Below the pieces are notes generated by a model, which made no database searches, had not been told where the DNA came from, and saw only the letters and a list, made by a program, of their open reading frames with translations. A program made the translations under genes and the position numbers. This document shows positions 61,416-64,000 of a DNA stretch of 64,000 bases, piece by piece. This stretch comes from Mobula hypostoma (Eukaryota), in assembly GCF_963921235.1 (NCBI RefSeq), contig NC_086097.1, positions 81,904,001-81,968,000 on the forward strand, written 5' to 3'. Each line of letters begins with the position of its first letter. Position 1 is the stretch's first letter.

Positions 61416-64000
61416 TGTCAGGCCTGACGGTATCCACACCCCCTATGGCTGGCCCCCGACAGCTCAGGATTTTCCATTTGGGTCCCGAGGATGGATCTAA
61501 GATGCAATGGGATGGCAACCGAGATCTCTCTACCGGGCCGATCCCTTCCAGTCGACCAGGTACTACACACGCCATCCACAATGACATGAATCCATCAACA
61601 GGCGAACTGTTTACACTACACCACCTTCCACCACCCTCGGTTCCAGAGGTGGAGGCACAGGTGGATTGAGTGGTTCATGGACAACAGGCCTGAGGCAGGA
61701 CACATGGAAGCTAGGTGTGATCCTGAGGGATGGTGGTAGACCGAGACAATAAGTGACTGGATTGATGTGATGGGCAGTCTTAAGGGGACCAACAAACAGG
61801 GGCAAGAGCTTGTGGGAGTTGATGTGCGGGGCAGATCTCGGGTGGACAGCCAGACGCGGTCCCCAGGCTGGTGTAGTCTGGCTGGGCAACAATGGCAGTC
61901 AGCCTGGTGTCAGTAGGCATGGTTGAGAACAAGGAAGGCCCTTTGAGCCCTCTTCCAAGCATTCCGGTTTAGGGCCCTGGCAGACGGGGCACTCATCGTT
62001 GGCTCCTCCGCGGGGAACAATGAAGCTGGTAGCCCTGAAGCACTTCAAAGGGCGAAATACCTGTAACAGAGGAGATATGTAGAATCTGGCACAATTTGGC
62101 CCAGAGCAGATGCTTCTTCCATGTGGAAGAGTTAGTTGTGGTGAAGCAGCGCAGAAACTTCTCCACTTGCTGATTGGCTCTTTCCGATTGACCATTGGCC
62201 TGCGGATGATAGCCAGAGGACAAATGCACTGAAGTAGGGAGGAGAGAGCAGAAGGCTTGCCAGAATTGTGGGCCCCAGTCCGACACAATGTACTGGGGGA
62301 AGCCGTGGAGGCAAACTAGATGTTGCAGAAACAGGTCCACCGTCTCAGTGGCTGATGGACATTTGGGAAGGGCAATGAAGTGGGCTGCCTTGGAGAACCA
62401 GTTCACTATTGTCCTGGTCACTGTGGCCCCATGGGAAGGTGGAAAACCCGTGATGAAATACATGGGGACGTGGGACCATGGGCATTGGGGGACCGGTAGG
62501 GGCTGCAGGAGCCTATAGGGCTGCTGGTTGGAGGATTTGGACCGGGCACAATGAAGGCAGGCAGCAGCGAGCTGACATACATCTGCGATCATGGCAGGCC
62601 TCAGAACTGACGTTGCAGAAAATCCAGAGTCTCTCGTGCACCTCGATGGCCAGAGAGTGGAAGAATGTGCACTTGACTGCCTCAGAGCACATGATCTCCG
62701 GCACAAACATGAGGTCATCAGGTATGTCGGCCGGTGTAGGCTCATGCAGTAAAGTCTGGTGAATCTGGTTCTCAAGGTCTCAGAAGATCGAGGTGAGGAC
62801 CTTGGAGGATGGAATGATGGGCTGAAGGCCAGTCTTCATTTTTGCTGGGTCAAACTGTTGTGACAGGGCATCCACTGAGTGTTCTTGGAGCCGGGCTAGT
62901 AGGAGCTGGTGAAGTTGAATTGCTCAAAGAAGAGGTCCCAGCAATACTAATGTGAGCTGAGATGGCAGCTTTGTTGTATGGATGAGGTTCGGCTGGTCAA
63001 TCCAGATCAGGAAGGGCTTGGTTTTCCCCATCAGCCAATGTCCCCTTTCCTCCAAGGCCCATTTAATGGTGAATAGCTCCTTGTCTCCTACTCCATAAAG
63101 GTGCTGTGTGGAGTTGAACTTGGGCAAGAAGAAGGCACAATGTGTTCAGCCCTCACTGGGAGAGGATGGTCCTAGTGCCCAGATCAGATGTGTCAATCTC
63201 TACCACAAAAGATCTGGAGGGGCTTGGATGGCAGAGAATGGGAGTGGCAAAGCGTCTTTTGAGTTCCTCAAAAGCATGGTCCATGGCAGCAGACCAGGTT
63301 ATCTGTGAGGAGCGTCACTTGGTGAGGGAGGTGCAAGGAGTGGCAATTTGGCTGCAGTTTCTGATGAACTGGCAGTAGAAGTTGGAGCACCCCAGGAAGC
63401 ACTGTAGCTGTTTGAGGGTGTATGGTCAAGGCCACTCAACAACAGCACACACTTTCTCTGGGTCCATGGTTGTGAATTGGGTGAAAGTCTGAAAGGCGTC
63501 ATCAAGTATTCGTAGTGGCCAATGGGTGTTATGGATGCTGTCTTCCATATTGCCTTGGTGGATGCGGATTAGGTTGTACGTGCTCTGTTGATCCAACTTG
63601 GTGAAGATCTGGGCCCCATGGAGTGTTTCGAGTGTGCCATCCATCAAGGCGAGAGAGTACCAGTCCTCAATGTTGATTTTGTTGAGTCCCCGGTAGTCAA
63701 TGCAGGGACGAAGACCCCCACCTTTCTCTTTGCAAATGAATCCTAAACCAGATGAGGACTGGGATGGATGAACGAAACCATGCTGTGGTGCTTTGACATT
63801 CCAGCCACGCTCCATCGCAAGGGTACCGAATTCTATGGTGTAATCCAGCACAGAGTCTGAGCCTCGACACGGGCCAAGCAGCTGCTCTGCTGCCCATTTT
63901 CCACTTCCCAGGTGGTCGAAAACCCAGCACACCTCAGCAGCGAACTCAACATATTTATTGCAAATGATGGTTTTATTGCCCCAGTTAGCGGTGGCCCTAG
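61416..64000 (-). mobile_element. Decayed chromovirus-type (Tf2/sushi-like) Gypsy element
   Basis: RT GLRPCIDYRGLN..IFTKLD; RNase H YGVGDKELFTIKWALEE; integrase PQYIVSDWGPQF..SSGYHPQANGQSER; GP..PSFHVSCLRP; chromodomain-like GIGPVERSRLP..ILDP; PPT at 61430-61445. Confidence 0.9.

Overview
Repeat-dense vertebrate DNA, most likely from a cartilaginous fish (inferred from the CR1/HER1-like LINEs, V-SINEs and Penelope families). I found no intact host gene; the window looks intergenic or deep-intronic. Most of it is nested transposable elements: CR1 LINEs (one near full length, with an esterase ORF1), Rex1/Babar-type LINEs, a Nimb/I-group LINE with RNase H, L1 and R4/Dong 3' fragments, Penelope-like elements carrying minimal hammerhead ribozymes, tRNA-derived SINEs, hAT/Tc1/Tigger MITEs, solo LTRs and two decayed Gypsy elements. 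The main result: an intron-less ~550-bp segment of the splicing-factor mRNA RBM25 (RRM region, 48546-49098) sits inside a Gypsy element where RT/RNase H/integrase should be. It is fused in frame to the protease linker and is followed by the integrase tail, PPT and LTR, which points to host-mRNA capture by an LTR retrotransposon. Family names come from recognising motifs by eye, not from database searches, and boundaries without TSDs are approximate.
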